Part shown: in pieces, positions 25,715-40,099 of the stretch
Position numbering within the stretch: the first letter of the stretch is position 1
How the letters are laid out: the number at the start of each line of letters is the position of its first letter
Assembly: GCF_006345805.1 (NCBI RefSeq)
Contig: NC_043023.1
Span: 1,674,001 to 1,738,000, forward strand
Source of the DNA: Octopus sinensis
Lineage: Eukaryota
DNA: 64,000 bases
Reading direction: 5' to 3'
Made by a program: the position numbers and the translations under genes
The notes under the pieces: generated by a model
Databases searched by the model: none
What the model saw: only the letters and a program-made list of their open reading frames with translations
What the model was told of the DNA's origin: nothing

Positions 25715-25980
25715 CTGTGACTGGCTTCTGCGCAAGTGGCATGTAAAAAGCACCATCCAATCGTGGTCAATGCCAGCTCCTCTGACCCGTGCCAGTGGCA
25801 CATAAAAGCACCCACTACACTCTCGGAGTGGTTGGCATTAGGAAGGGCATCCAGCAGTAGAAACACTGCCAGATCAGATTGAGGCCTGGTGCAGCCTTCT
25901 GGCTTCTCAGACCCCAGTAGAACCATCCAATCTATGCCAGTATGGAAAACAGACCTTAAACAATGATGATGATAATGATG
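25715..25980 (+). mobile_element. Family C retroelement
   Basis: gttggcattaggaagggcatccagc..(gat)n tail. Confidence 0.75.
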
Positions 25981-26059
25981 GTGACATTCAGTAGGATATT
26001 GGATATTTATTATCCCTTAAATGGTTGATTAACCTCTAACTCATACAGACATATGTATA

Positions 26060-26253
26060 ATCTCTATGTATTTATGCATGTTTGAAGATAATAAAACCAA
26101 ATTTTCATCATTTCGAGCCACTCACCCAAAGAGTATTTCTGCCAAATTTGGTGAAAATCCATTCAGCCGTTTTCTAGTAATTTTGCAAACACACAGACAG
26201 ACAAAGACAAGTGATTACAATACCCTGCTTTCACTTACGCACACAGGGTAATA
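26060..26253 (+). mobile_element. Helentron/DINE-like 3' fragment
   Basis: gccaaatttggtgaaaatcc..acagacagac..caa taccctg-loop-cagggta at. Confidence 0.45.
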
Positions 26254-26570
26254 ATGATAATAACAGTTTCAAATTTTGGTAGAAGGACAGTCATTTTAGG
26301 AAAGGAGAAAAGATGATTACATCGATCCCCCAGTATTCCACTGGTACCTATTTTATCAACAGTGAGAGGATGAAAGGCAAAGTCAATCTCAGTGGAATTT
26401 AAGATCTGAAAATAGAGAGAGAAAGCCATTCAGCATGGCATGCTAACAATTCTGCCAGCTTGCCACCTCATCAATGATATTCCTTCATACTACAGGCACA
26501 AGGCCTGACAATTTGCTGAAGGGGGCTAGGCAATTACATCGACCCCAATGTCCAGCTGGTACTGCTTTAA

Positions 26571-28476
26571 CCCTTTCATTACTGTATTTATTTTGAGATG
26601 CTCTATATTTCTTTCAATTACTTTAAATATGACAAAGAATTTAGAAAAATAACTTAGTTATCATTCAGCTAGTGTTAGGAACATAAATTGTGACTAAGGT
26701 TTGGTGGGAGATTTTAATTCAGAACTTATGAAAACAGGACATTTGTACTACAGAGCCAGAGGTGGTTTCAGCCAGGTTGGTATCAAAAGGGTTAAATATA
26801 ATAAAGGATCTAGTAAAATAACTTAGTTATCATTAAGCTAGTGTTAGGAACATAAATTGTGACTAAGGTTTGGTGGAAGATTTTAATTCAGAACTTATGA
26901 AAACAGGACATTTGTACTACAGAGCCAGTTTCAGCCAGGTTGGTATCAAAAGGGTTAAATATAATAAAGGATTTAGTAAAATAACCTAGTTGTCATTCAG
27001 CTAGTATTAGGAACATAAATTGTGACTAAGGTTTGGTGGAAGATTTTAATTCAAAATTTATGAAAACAGGACATTTGTACTACAGACCAGGGGTGGTTTC
27101 AGCCGGGTTGGTAACAAAAGGGTTAAATATAATAAAGGATTTAGTAAAATAACCTAATTGTCATTCAGCTAGTATTAGGAACATAAATTGTGACTAAGGT
27201 TTGGTGGAAGATTTTAATTCAAAATTTATGAAAACAGGACATTTGTACTACAGAGCCAGGGGTGGTTTCAGCCGGGTTGGTAACAAAAGGGTTAAATATA
27301 ATAAAGGATTTAGTAAAATAACTTAGTTATCATTAAGCTAGTGTTAGGAACATAAATTGTGACTAAGGTTTGGTGGAAGATTTTAATTCAAAATTTATGA
27401 AAACAGGACATTTGTACTATAGAGCCAGGGGTGGTTTCAGCCGGGTTGGTAACAAAAGGGTTAAATATAATAAAGGATTTAGTAAAATAACTTAGTTATC
27501 ATTAAGCTAGTGTTAGGAACATAAATTGTGACTAAGGTTTGGTGGAAGATTTTAATTCAGAACTTATGAAAACGAAGACATTTGTACTACAGAGCCAGAG
27601 CCGGTTTCAGCCAGGTTGGTATCAAAAGGGTTAAATATAATAAAGGACTTAGTAAAATAACTTAGTTATCATTCAGCTAGTGTTAGGAACATAAATTGTG
27701 ACTAAGGTTTGGTGGAAGATTTTAATTCAGAACTTATGAAAACAGGACATTTGTACTACAGAGCCAGAGCCAGTTTCAGCCAGGTTGGTATCAAAAGGGT
27801 TAAATATAATAAAGAATTTAGTAAAATAACTTAGTTATCATTAAGCTAGTATTAGAAACATAAATTGTAACTAAGGTTTGGTGGAAGATTTTAATTCAGA
27901 ACTTATGAAAACGAAGACATTTGTACTACAGAGCCAGAGCCGGTTTCAGCCAGGTTGGTATCAAAAGGGTTAAATATAATAAAGAATTTAGTAAAATAAC
28001 TTAGTTATCATTAAGCTAGTGTTAGAAACATAAATTGTAACTAAGGTTTGGTGGAAGATTTTAATTCAAAACTTATGGAAACAAGACATTTGTATTACAG
28101 AGCCAGAGGCGGTTTCAGCTGGGTTGGTATCAAAAGGGTTAAATATAATAAAGGATTTAGTAAAATAACTTAGTTATCATTCAGCTAGTGTTAGGAACAT
28201 AAATTGTGACTTAGGTTTGGTGGAAGATTTTAATTCAAAACTTATGAAAACAGGACATTTGTACTACAGAGCCAGAGCTGGTTTCAGCCAGGTTGGTATC
28301 AAAAGGGTTAAATATAACAAAGAATTTAGTAAAATAACTTTGTTATCATTTAGCTAGTGTTAGGAACATAAATTGTGACTAAGGTTTGGTGGGAGATTTT
28401 AATTCAAAACTTATGAAAACAAGACATTTGTACTACAGAGCCAGAGCCAGTTTCAGCTGGGTTTGTATCAAAAGGG
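26571..28476. mobile_element. piggyBac-like MITE whose 3' ~169 bp is amplified to 11 tandem units, nested in a family-B SINE
   Basis: TTAA|CCCTTT left end; units end aaaaggg|ttaa (last one ttca) and restart at the internal ttaa of 26623; SINE sequence resumes after 28480. Confidence 0.85.
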
Positions 28477-28997
28477 TTCATCAATGTAAGAAGATAAATG
28501 ACAAAGTCGACCAGAGTTTGAGCTTAGAAATCTGAAGACAGATGGAATGCTGGTAAGCATTTTGTCCAGCGTGTCGGCAATTCTCCCAGCTCATTGCTAT
28601 AATAACAAATAACGATGATGATGATGATGATGCTGATAATAATAATAATAATGAAATTACCTACATTCTACAAGTGCAACAGATAATGGGAAGATTTACA
28701 AAAACACTGTATAATAAAAATAATAAATATTCCTAGTTATTCAGTGCATCTCTATGCAAGTTTGTGTATGTACATAAATCCATGTGTGTGTATGTGTGCA
28801 ATATATATATATATAGAGAGAGAGAGACGTGCAATATGTACATACATAATGGCAATAAGACAGATAGATAACTAGGTTTGAGTATGTATGTGAGTGTATG
28901 CATATAATTGCTTGTGTGTGTGTGTATACATATATATATGCTTAAATCTGCACATATACCCACTCACATATATTTATATAAACATACATACACATAC

Positions 28998-29127
28998 TCA
29001 GATAGATAGATAGATAGATAGATAGACAGATACACAGACAGATAGCTAGATAGATGAATAGATAGATAAACTAACAGACAGACAGACAGATATATAGATA
29101 GAGAAATAATTAGATTGATAGGTAGGT

Positions 29128-29170
<43 letters not shown>

Positions 29171-29260
29171 TAGATAGATAGATAGATAGATAGAGACAGA
29201 TAGATAGATAGATAGATAGATGATAGATAGATAGATAGATAGATAGATATATAGATAGAC

Positions 29261-29324
<64 letters not shown>

Positions 29325-29381
29325 GATAGATGATAGATAGACAGACAGATAGACAGACAGATAGACAGACAGACTGATAGG

Positions 29382-29412
<31 letters not shown>

Positions 29413-29605
29413 ATAGATCCACAGACAGACAGATAGATGAATAGATAGATAGACCAACAGACAGCCAGATAGATAGGCAGACAGATAGGTAAACAGACAG
29501 ACAGATAGATAAACAAAGATAGATACATAGAGAGATAGAGACAGACAGATAGATAGATAATAGATAGATAGATAGATAGATAGATATATAGATAGATAGA
29601 GAGAT
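28998..29605. repeat. (GATA)n/(GACA)n microsatellite
   Basis: Tetranucleotide tract. Confidence 0.95.
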
Positions 29606-29645
29606 AAGCTTAAGTATACACGTGAATATGTATGTATATATATAT

Positions 29646-29676
<31 letters not shown>

Positions 29677-29782
29677 CTTAAATATATTTGTACATACAAC
29701 ATATATATGTATATATCTTAAATATATATGCATGCAACACATATATATATATATTTACATATCTATAAGCAATTGTATAAAC

Positions 29783-29821
<39 letters not shown>

Positions 29822-29991
29822 TGTGTGTAAACAGAGGGAAAAATGCGTGTTGAAATAATTATAGAAATGATATCTAAATAAATATTTGGTTCTGTTGAAA
29901 GTCTTGGAGAAAGTGTCATATGATTTCTTCAGAGATGGGTTTGTAGGCTTCCATCAGAATGCAATGTTTACATAAATACACTCAAACAATA

Positions 29992-30028
<37 letters not shown>

Positions 30029-30089
30029 ATGTATATCTATATATATGTGTGTATGTATGTTTATATATATATATATATATGTGTGTGTG

Positions 30090-30135
<46 letters not shown>

Positions 30136-30478
30136 ATACACACATATAGATATAGATATACACACACACACACAAATGCACACACACACATATACACACT
30201 ATATGTGTGTGCATATATATATACAAATATATACATATATGCTTACACATGCACATATATGTGTACGTGGATGAATATACATATATATATTTACATACAT
30301 ACATTCATTTTTTAATACAGATACATAGAGATATAAAATATACATACATACATATATATATATGCATATATACATACACACACACACATATATATACATA
30401 CAAACATACACACATAATATATACATATATAAAAACACATCCAAAACATACAAATACATGCATATATACATTCATATA

Positions 30479-30538
<60 letters not shown>

Positions 30539-31010
30539 ATAGGCATATACATATATGTACACAAATATATACCATGATGGCTATGACAATTCACTACTTC
30601 AATAATTTGTTTGTGTATATGTGTATATATATGTTTGTGTGTGTGTATGTGTGTGTTTTCGCAGGAGAGTGGAGAAGATTGACACTGCTTGCACACTGGT
30701 GACATTCAAAACCGTCAAACAATGTCAAGATAATGAGTGGGAAATCCCTGAAGGAAGGTGCACAGTGGAATATTGCAGGTTGCACACGCAGCTGCACATA
30801 CTCTGTGTGGCAGAATCACATCATCATCATCACTGTCATCATCATTTGTCGCCATCTTCATTTAATGTCCATTTTCCATTCCGGTATGGGTTGGATGGTT
30901 TGGCCACAGCTGGTCAGGTCTGGGACCACACTAGGCTCCATTCTCTGTTCTGGCATGGGTTTCTATGGCTGGATGCCTTTTCCATTGAGTATACTGGGTG
31001 CTTGTAACAT

Positions 31011-32778
31011 GGCACCAGCACCAGTGCTTTTTATGTGGCACCAGCACAATTGCATTTTATGTGACACCAGCACAATTGCTTTTTATGTGGCACCAGCACA
31101 ATTGCATTTTATGTGACACCAGCACAATTGCATTTTATGTGACACCAGCACAATTGCTTCTTATGTGGCACCAGCACAATTGCATTTTATGTGACACCAG
31201 CACAATTGCTTCTTATGTGACACCAGCACAATTGCATTTTATGTGACACCAGCACAATTGCTTCTTATGTGACACCAGCACAATTGCTTTTTATGTGGCA
31301 CCAGCACAATTGCATTTTATGTGACACCAGCACAATTGCTTTTTATGTGGCACCAGCACAATTGCATTTTATGTGACACCAGCACAATTGCATTTTATGT
31401 GACACCAGCACAATTGCTTCTTATGTGGCACCAGCACAATTGCATTTTATGTGACACCAGCACAATTGCTTTTTATGTGGCACCAGCACAATTGCATTTT
31501 ATGTGACACCAGCACAATTGCTTCTTATGTGACACCAGCACAATTGCTTTTTATGTGGCACCAGCACAATTGCATTTTATGTGACACCAGCACAATTGCT
31601 TTTTATGTGGCACCAGCACAATTGCATTTTATGTGACACCAGCACAATTGCTTTTTATGTGGCACCAGCACAATTGCTTTTTATGTGGCACCAGCACAAT
31701 TGCATTTTATGTGACACCAGCACAATTGCTTTTTATGTGACACCAGCACCAGTGCTTTTTATGTGACACCAGCACAATTGCATTTTATGTGACACCAGCA
31801 CAATTGCTTTTTATGTGGCACCAGCACAATTGCATTTTATGTGACACCAGCACAATTGCTTATGTGACACCAGCACCAGTGCTTTTTATGTGACACCAGC
31901 ACAATTGCTTATGTGACACCAGCACCAGTGCTTTTTGTGACACCAGCACAATTGCTTATGTAACACCAGCACCAGTGCTTTTTGTGACACCAGCACAATT
32001 GCTTATGTGACACCAGCACCAGTGCTTTTTGTGACACCAGCACAATTGCTTATGTAACACCAGCACCAGTGCTTTTTGTGACACCAGCACAATTGCTTAT
32101 GTGACACCAGCACCAGTGCTTTTTGTGACACCAGCACAATTGCTTATGTAACACCAGCACCAGTGCTTTTTGTGACACCAGCACAATTGCTTATGTGACA
32201 CCAGCACCAGTGCTTTTTGTGACACCAGCACAATTGCTTATGTGACACCAGCACCAGTGCTTTTTGTGACACCAGCACAATTGCTTATGTGACACCAGCA
32301 CCAGTGCTTTTTGTGACACCAGCACAATGCTTATGTAACACCAGCACCAGTGCTTTTTGTGACACCAGCACAATTGCTTATGTGACACCAGCACCAGTGC
32401 TTTTTGTGACACCAGCACAATTGCTTATGTAACACCAGCACCAGTGCTTTTTGTGACACCAGCACAATTGCTTATGTGACACCAGCACCAGTGCTTTTTG
32501 TGACACCAGCACAATTGCTTATGTACACCAGCACCAGTGTTTTTGTGACACCAGCACAATTGCTTATGTGACACCAGCACCAGTGCTTTTTGTGACACCA
32601 GCACAATGCTTATGTGACACCAGCACCAGTGCTTTTTGTGACACCAGCACAATTGCTTATGTGACACCAGCACCAGTGCTTTTTGTGACACCAGCACAAT
32701 TGCTTATGTGACACCAGCACCAGTGCTTTTTGTGACACCAGCACAATTGCTTATGTGACACCAGCACCAGTGCATTTT
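31011..32778. repeat. Minisatellite: 26-bp units, then 47-bp (23+24) dimers, grown from a family C element
   Basis: tgtgacaccagcacaattgcatttta repeats; period switches near 31860; continuous with the family C copy at 30855-31030. Confidence 0.95.
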
Positions 32779-33162
32779 AAAGGGTATCAGTTGAGCAAAT
32801 CAACCCCAGGACCTATTCTTTGTAAGCCTAGTACTCATTCTATTGGTCCCTTTTGCTAAACTGCTAAGTTACAGGGACATAGACACATCAGCATCTGTCA
32901 TAAAGTGATGGCATAGAGAGGTGGGGTACAAACAAACACATATAAATACATACATATGTGTGTGTGTGTGTGTGTGTGTGTGTATGATTGGCTTCTTTCA
33001 GTTTCCGTCTACCAAATCCACTCACAAGGCTTTGGTCAGCCTGAGACTATAATAGAAGACACTTTCCCAAGGTGCCATGCAGTCGGATTGATCCTGGATC
33101 CGTGTGGCTGGGAAGCCAGCTTCTTACCACACAGCCATACCTGCACCTACATGTGTATATAT

Positions 33163-33420
33163 ATCATCATCATCGTTTAGCGTCTGCTTTCCATGCTGGC
33201 ATGGGTTGGACAGTTTGACTGGGGTCTGGGAAACCAGAAGGCTGCACCAGGCCCAGTCTGATCTGGCAATGTTTCTATGGCTGGATGCCCTTCCTAATGC
33301 CAACCACTCCATGGGTGTAGTGGGTGCTTTTTACGTGCCACTGGCATGGAGGCCAGGCAAGGCTGGCAACGGCCACGATCGGATGGTGCTTTTTACGTGC
33401 CACCGGCACGGAAGCCAAAG
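33163..33420 (-). mobile_element. Family C retroelement
   Basis: Match to other copies. Confidence 0.8.
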
Positions 33421-33569
33421 TCAGTATTACTTGGAACTGCACGCATATTGCTTAAAGTACTGTCAGTCTGAGGTCCTTGTTGTGACTTGACAGACAGCAC
33501 AAAACCCTGGCAGACAAAAGATCTTTAATCAAGAACCTCAAGATATTGTATACTGTGCAATGTCTATAA

Positions 33570-34060
33570 TAATAATAATTATTATTAATTCTGGTTTTAT
33601 TGGCCACAAGGGCCAATATAAATCAAAAACATTTAAGGACAAACACAGGACGAAAAGTACAAAGGGTTTTGCAAAAAAGAAAGGTTCGTGTAAATATGTG
33701 ATAACAAGAGAAATTTAACAAGTAAAACTCCCAACAGGAGGAGGCATTTTGAAAGGTTACTTGTGGAAAAACCCATAAAAGCCATGGGAGCCAGGTCAAA
33801 CGGGGAGAGAGCATTTTCTTTTATATTCCTTTTTTACAGGTGTAACCTCAGAATCGGTCCATTCATACTGACCATTTTACTGATATTTACCCACCTTTCA
33901 ATAAATCTGCTACAAGCCAACTGTTCACTCTCTACTTTCACCTTCCTTTTCAAGTAGAAGTTGGAAAAGTTGGAGGCCTTGGCCAAAGAGGAAAGTGTCT
34001 GACTTTAGCCCTTTCAAATGGGTCCACCATACCACCTCTTTCACTACAGCCACCAGACAC
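33570..34060 (-). pseudogene. L1/Tx1-like LINE 3' end (ORF2 C-terminus plus 3' UTR)
   Basis: Minus strand CLVAVVKEVVWWTHLKG../..FYLKRKVKVESEQLACSRFIERWVNISKMV..HL*, with a frameshift; AATAAA and a (TTA)n-like tail follow. Confidence 0.6.
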
Positions 34061-34236
34061 TTGCACCAATGTCATAGAAACAGCACCCAGTACACTCTAT
34101 AAAGTGGTTGGTATTAGGAAGGGCATCCAGCTGTAAAAACCATGCCTAAACAGACTGGAATCCGGTGAAGCTCTGCAGCTTACCTGCTCTGGTCAAACTG
34201 TCCAACCCATGCTAGCATGGATAATGAACATTAAAG

Positions 34237-34680
34237 GATGATGATGATGATGATAGTGGTGATGGTGACACCGATGACAACAGCAATGATGATAATGATG
34301 AAGACATGATGACGACAATGATGATGATGGTGGTGGTGATGACACCAATGACGATGGCAATGATGATGATGATGATGAAGACAGCAATGATGAAGACGGC
34401 AATGACGACAATGATGATGATGATGATAGCGGTGGTGATGATACCGATAACAAAGGCAATGGTGATGATGAAGACGGCGATGATGATGATGACAATGATG
34501 ATGATAATGGTAGTGGTGACGATGGCAATGATGATGATGATGAAGACAGCAATGACGATGACAATGATGATGACAACAATGATGATGATGATGGTGGTGA
34601 TGACACCGATGACGACGGCAATGGTGATGATAAAGACGGCGATGATGATGATGATGGCAATGATGATGATGATGACAAAT
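34237..34680. repeat. Degenerate (GAT)n repeat extending a family C tail
   Basis: Follows acattaaag of the family C copy at ~34070-34236. Confidence 0.9.
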
Positions 34681-34763
34681 GCTGTATGAAGTTGGCCGCT
34701 ATGGTCAGTACTGATTTCATTTGTGCAAAACAAAGGCTTTTGACCAAATGTAATTTAATACTC

Positions 34764-34834
34764 TTCTGATGTTTCGGGTGAAAAGTTCAGAGCAGAGTTT
34801 CACTGGCAGTATGGAGATTTCCTTCATCAAAGAA
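34764..34834 (-). ncRNA. Degenerate hammerhead motif with long domain II
   Basis: uucu UUGAUGA agg...ccc GAAAC AUC agaa. Confidence 0.4.
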
Positions 34835-35639
34835 ACTACAAGCTTTTCCTCTGCATCCCTTTGGTTGCAAGCTATGTCTGCACATTATGCAATGAAGGAA
34901 TTGCTCAACAATTGAAGGGCAAGGCGCTAAAACATAGCATGGTTATTACTGGTTAAGTATTAGTGTCTAAGGGTTTTGTTGCTGATTAACACAAATCAGC
35001 ACCAATGAAATAAATCTCTGATCAAGGACGTTCCAGCTGTGACCACCCCATCTTACATTCGTACATAGTCTATCTAGGACTACCTTATATAATGTATAGT
35101 ATAGTAGTTGGTATTAGTGGCTATAATTGTTGTTGTTGCTGTTGTTGTTGTTGTCGTTTAGCCCCAGGTAGGTCCTGATCCAGCAGACCTATGATCAAAG
35201 ATGTTCCAGCTGTGACTATCCCATCTTTTATTCAGACACAATGTATCTAGGACTGCATTATCTAATGTACAGTATAGAAGTTAGTGATAATAGATAATGC
35301 TGCTGTTGTTGTTGTTGTTCTTCTTCTTCCAATCAGGACTCACGTCATTAACTACAAAGAATAATCTCTAATTTGAGCCTACTCTAAGCTACTAAGAATG
35401 CATGTGGCAAATCGAAGATCCACCCACCACACGTGATAGACTGGTGGTTACATGAGCGCGAAAGCTACGTTGTTATTCTCATTCTGTAAACGGTGGCTTT
35501 TAACGGGTGGGGAGCTGAACCATCCTGGGGTACAGAGGATTCGCAATCTAGACTAGGGTCTGAAAGTTTACCACACTATAGTGGGTTACACCATGGTTCC
35601 TCTGCTTTGTGGCAGAAGTAGGAAGAAAGAGTGAGAGAA

Positions 35640-35812
35640 AGTTGTGGTGAAAGAGTACAGCAGGGTTCAACACCCCACCCCCAGCCCACCGAAGCCTCGT
35701 GGAGCTTAGGTGTTTTTGCTCAATAAACACTCACAATGCCCGGTCTGGGAATCGAAACCACGTTCTTATGACTGTGAGTCCACTGCCCTAACCACTGGGC
35801 CAGTGCGCCTCC
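35640..35812 (-). mobile_element. tRNA-derived SINE family D
   Basis: RC ggaggcgcactggcccagtggttaggg..ggtttcgattcccagaccggg; second copy at 60877-61038. Confidence 0.8.
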
Positions 35813-36221
35813 TCTGATGCTGTTGTTGTTGCTTAACCCCCAGGTCATTCCTGATCCAGCAGATCATTAATCAAGATGTTCCAACTGTGACCATCCCATC
35901 TTTTATTCAGACATAGTGTATCTAGGATTACATTATCTAATGTATCATATACAAATATGGGTCTTGTGTGGAAGGAATGTTCTCATTGCTCTCTTCTGCT
36001 TAGTGATTGCCAATGTGGGTACATGCTTCTTGACCCTACGGGGTCAGCAAGTCAAAACAGCAGTGCCCCAGCATGGTCGCAGCTTTCAGCTGGAACCGAT
36101 AAAAGAATATACTAGTTAGTATTTGCAGCTATTTTTGTTTAGCCCCAGGTCAGTCATGATCCAGAAGATCTATGATCAAAGATGTTCCAACTGTGAACAT
36201 CCCATCTATTTACTTTTTTAC

Positions 36222-36416
36222 ACTTTTACTTGATTCAGTCATTTGACTGCAGCCATGCTGGAGCACCGCCTTTACTCGAGCAAATCGACTCCAGGACTTA
36301 TTCTTTGTAAGCCTAGTACTTATTCTATCGGTCTCTTCTGCCGAACTGCTAAGTTACGGGGATGTAAACACACCAGCTTCGGTTGTCAAGCGATGTTGGG
36401 GGAGGGACAAACACAG

Positions 36417-36452
<36 letters not shown>

Positions 36453-36641
36453 TATATATATATACATATACATATATACGACGGGCTTCTTTCAGTTTCC
36501 GTCTACCAAATCCACTCACAAGGCTTTGGTCAGCCCGAGGCTATAGTAGAAGATACTTGCCCAAGGTGCCATGCAGTGGGACTGAACCCGGAACCATGTG
36601 GTTTGTAAGCAACCTACTTACCACACAGCCACTCCTGCACC
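36222..36641 (-). mobile_element. tRNA-derived SINE family A
   Basis: Full-length match. Confidence 0.9.
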
Positions 36642-36795
36642 TATTATTCAAACACAGTGTATCAAGGACTACATTAAAGCATAGTACACTTAGTAAAAGT
36701 GGCTATGGCAGTTGTTTTTTAGCCCCAGGACAATCCTGATCCAGCAGACAGACCTATGATCAAAGATACCCAAGACATGGCCATCCAATCTTATA

Positions 36796-37211
36796 TTTCT
36801 TTATTACCCACAAGGGGCTAAACATAGAGGGGACAAACAAGGACAGACAAACGGATTAAGTCAATTACATTGACCCCAGTGCGTAACTGGTACCTAATTT
36901 ATCGACCCTGAAAGGATGAAAGGCAAAGTCAACCTCGGTGGAATTTGAACTCAGAACGTAACGGCAGACAAAATACTTATTTCTTTATTACCCACAAGGG
37001 GCTAAACATAGAGGGGACAAACAAGGACAGACAAACGGATTAAGTCGATTACATCGACCCCAGTGCGTAACTGGTACTTAATTTATCGACCCCGAAAGGA
37101 TGAAAGGCAAAGTCAACCTCGGTGGAATTTGAACTCAGAACGTAACGGCAGACGAAATACAGCTACGCATTTCACCCGGCGTGCTAACATTTCTGCCAGC
37201 CCGCTGCCTTA
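36796..37211 (-). mobile_element. SINE family B with internal tandem duplication
   Basis: Two ~181-bp units; junction near 36975. Confidence 0.85.
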
Positions 37212-37758
37212 AGCATGTGGTAAGCACAAAGCCATGTGGTAAGAAGCAAGCTTGTTACCACATGGCCATGCCTGTAATTATTTACACACACACCCACACG
37301 ATGGGCTTCTTTTAGTTTCCATCTACCAAATATACAATGTTTCTGCCAGCTCAGAAAGACATTATATCTAGTAACGTACCTTACCTAATGTGACCTTCAT
37401 TGTTTTAACACACTAAAGTTCAAGTGACACATAGCAGCTATTTCTAGCATGTCTAACAAAACAGGACTTCTTCCTCCCCGCCACTGCCTTGTTTGTTAAT
37501 CCAATGCTATGATAAATTGCTACTGAATGCTATCATGTGACATGCACTAATCCATCAAACGGGGAGAGCATTGTGGGATACAGTGTAGGGAGAAAAGTGT
37601 GGTCCCTACCTTCACCCCCACCCACCCCTGCTGCTTCATGCCAATGTACCCCCCACCCTGGCACACTCTGCAGCCCTTTCTGCTACAAGATTATCAACTG
37701 GCACTAACATCAACCATATGTATACTACAAACACACACAGCATCACACATATACAAAC

Positions 37759-37790
<32 letters not shown>

Positions 37791-37983
37791 TGTATGTATG
37801 TGTGTATGTGTGTATGTATGTATGTATGTATGTATGTATGTATGTATGTATGTATGTATGTATGCATGTATGTATGTGTGTATGAATGATGTATGTATGT
37901 ATGTACGTACATATATACATATATATATTTAGTGAGGTATTTCTGTGTTATCTATATATCTGTGTGTGTGGTGTATGTATGTG

Positions 37984-38022
<39 letters not shown>

Positions 38023-38197
38023 GTAAAACCACACATGCATGCATATACACAAATATATATATATGGATATGTATATATGTGTATGTATGTGTTTAAATCT
38101 ATAGATACACACATAGATATTTGTATGTGTACACACATACACATATACATACAACCATTACATACCATTAATTCTCTCTATATACATATATATATAT

Positions 38198-38715
38198 ATG
38201 CACACATCTACATACATATACATATATGCACACATCTACATACATATATGCACACATCTACATACATATACATATATGCACACATCTACATACATATACA
38301 TATATGCACACATCTACATACATATATGCACACATCTACATACATATACATATATGCACACATCTACATACATATATGCACACATCTACATACATATACA
38401 TATATGCACACATCTACATACATATATGCACACATCTACATACATATACATATATGCACACATCTACATACATATATGCACACATCTACATACATATACA
38501 TATATGCACACATCTACATACATATACATATATGCACACATCTACATACATATATGCACACATCTACATACATATACATATATGCACACATCTACATACA
38601 TATATGCACACATCTACATACATATACATATATGCACACATCTACATACATATATGCACACATCTACATACATATACATATATGCACACATCTACATACA
38701 TATACATATATACTA
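38198..38715. repeat. 22/28-bp minisatellite atatgcacacatctacatacat(atacat)
   Basis: Near-perfect tandem. Confidence 0.95.
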
Positions 38716-39284
38716 CATTTTTAATATAAACACACATACAGACATAACAATACATACACACACACACACATAAAGCATACGCACACACATATACATGAGC
38801 ATACACCCACACACACACACTTAAACACATGATCACATGCACATACACGCACACACACACACACATGCTGGGTTGAGGTACTATTACTTCTGGTTAGTAA
38901 CATTTGATGACGGATCAGAAGGGTACTCGGGGTGGGTTGGACTTTGGGGGGTTAAAGTTTAAAAGTTTTCATCTCCATTAAAGCAAGCATTTATCCCAAA
39001 TCCCCCCCATCTCCTCCCCACCCCCCACAAGACATATATACATACATGTGTATATGTGATGGTGGTGGTGGTGGTGGTGGTGGTGGGATGAGGGGGTGGA
39101 CACAAGTAGACACAACAAATTGATCGTGGTCGACTTCATAAACCATCTCATTTTACTCGGAAAGTAATCATTCTCTCCTTGTTTGTTTAATAATATTGTT
39201 GCCGCTGTTGTTCTAGTTGCTATTGTTGTTATTGTTGTTGTTGTTGTTATGATGATGGAGCTGCTGCTACTGTTCTTGTTAGTT

Positions 39285-39504
39285 GACGATGATGATGATG
39301 ATTATGATGATGATGATGGTGATTATGATGATGATGATGATGGTGATGATGATTATGATGATGAAGATGATGATGATGATGATGATGATGATTATGATGA
39401 TGAAGATGATGATGGTGATGATGATTATGAAGATGATGATGATGATGATGGTGACGATGATGATTATGAAGATGACTATGATGATGACAATGATGACGAT
39501 GATG

Positions 39505-39537
<33 letters not shown>

Positions 39538-39927
39538 ATGAAGATGACTATGATGATGACGATGATGACGATGATGACTATGATGATGATGATGATGATG
39601 ATGATGATGGTGACGATGATGATTATGAAGATGACTATGATGATGACAATGATGATGATGATGATGACTATGATGATAATGATGATGATGATGATGATTA
39701 TGAAGATGATGATTATGATGTTGATGATGGTGATGATGATTATGATGATGATGACGATGATGATGATTATGATGATGATGATTATGATGATGATGACCAT
39801 GATTATGAAAATGACTATGATGATGACGATGATGATGATGGTGATGATGATGATTATGAAGATGACTATGATGATGATGATGATGATGATGATGACGATG
39901 ATGATGACGATGATGATGATGATGATG
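39285..39927. repeat. (GAT)n microsatellite
   Basis: Trinucleotide tract; gives a spurious poly-Asp ORF. Confidence 0.95.
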
Positions 39928-40099
39928 CTGTGGGCGCAGTTGTTGTTGTTGTAGTTGTTGCTGTTGCTACGGTTCTGGCTGTCATTCTTTTCAGAATTGT
40001 TGTTTCTGCTGTGGTTGTTGTTGTTATTGCTGTCAGTGTCCTGTTGATATTCTTTCAGCTTCCCAGGTTAAACCGTAAGCATTTCTATATTTGTTTGAT

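Noticed and set aside
31011-32778. Short regular repeats resembling a CRISPR array
   Set aside because: No unique spacers and no cas genes; SINE-derived, eukaryotic context. The same applies to 47903-49480 and 63646-64000
35740-35812. tRNA-like sequence with A and B boxes (also 60960-61038 and the SINE-A heads)
   Set aside because: It continues into a SINE body with no proper cloverleaf or terminator; these are SINE heads, not tRNA genes
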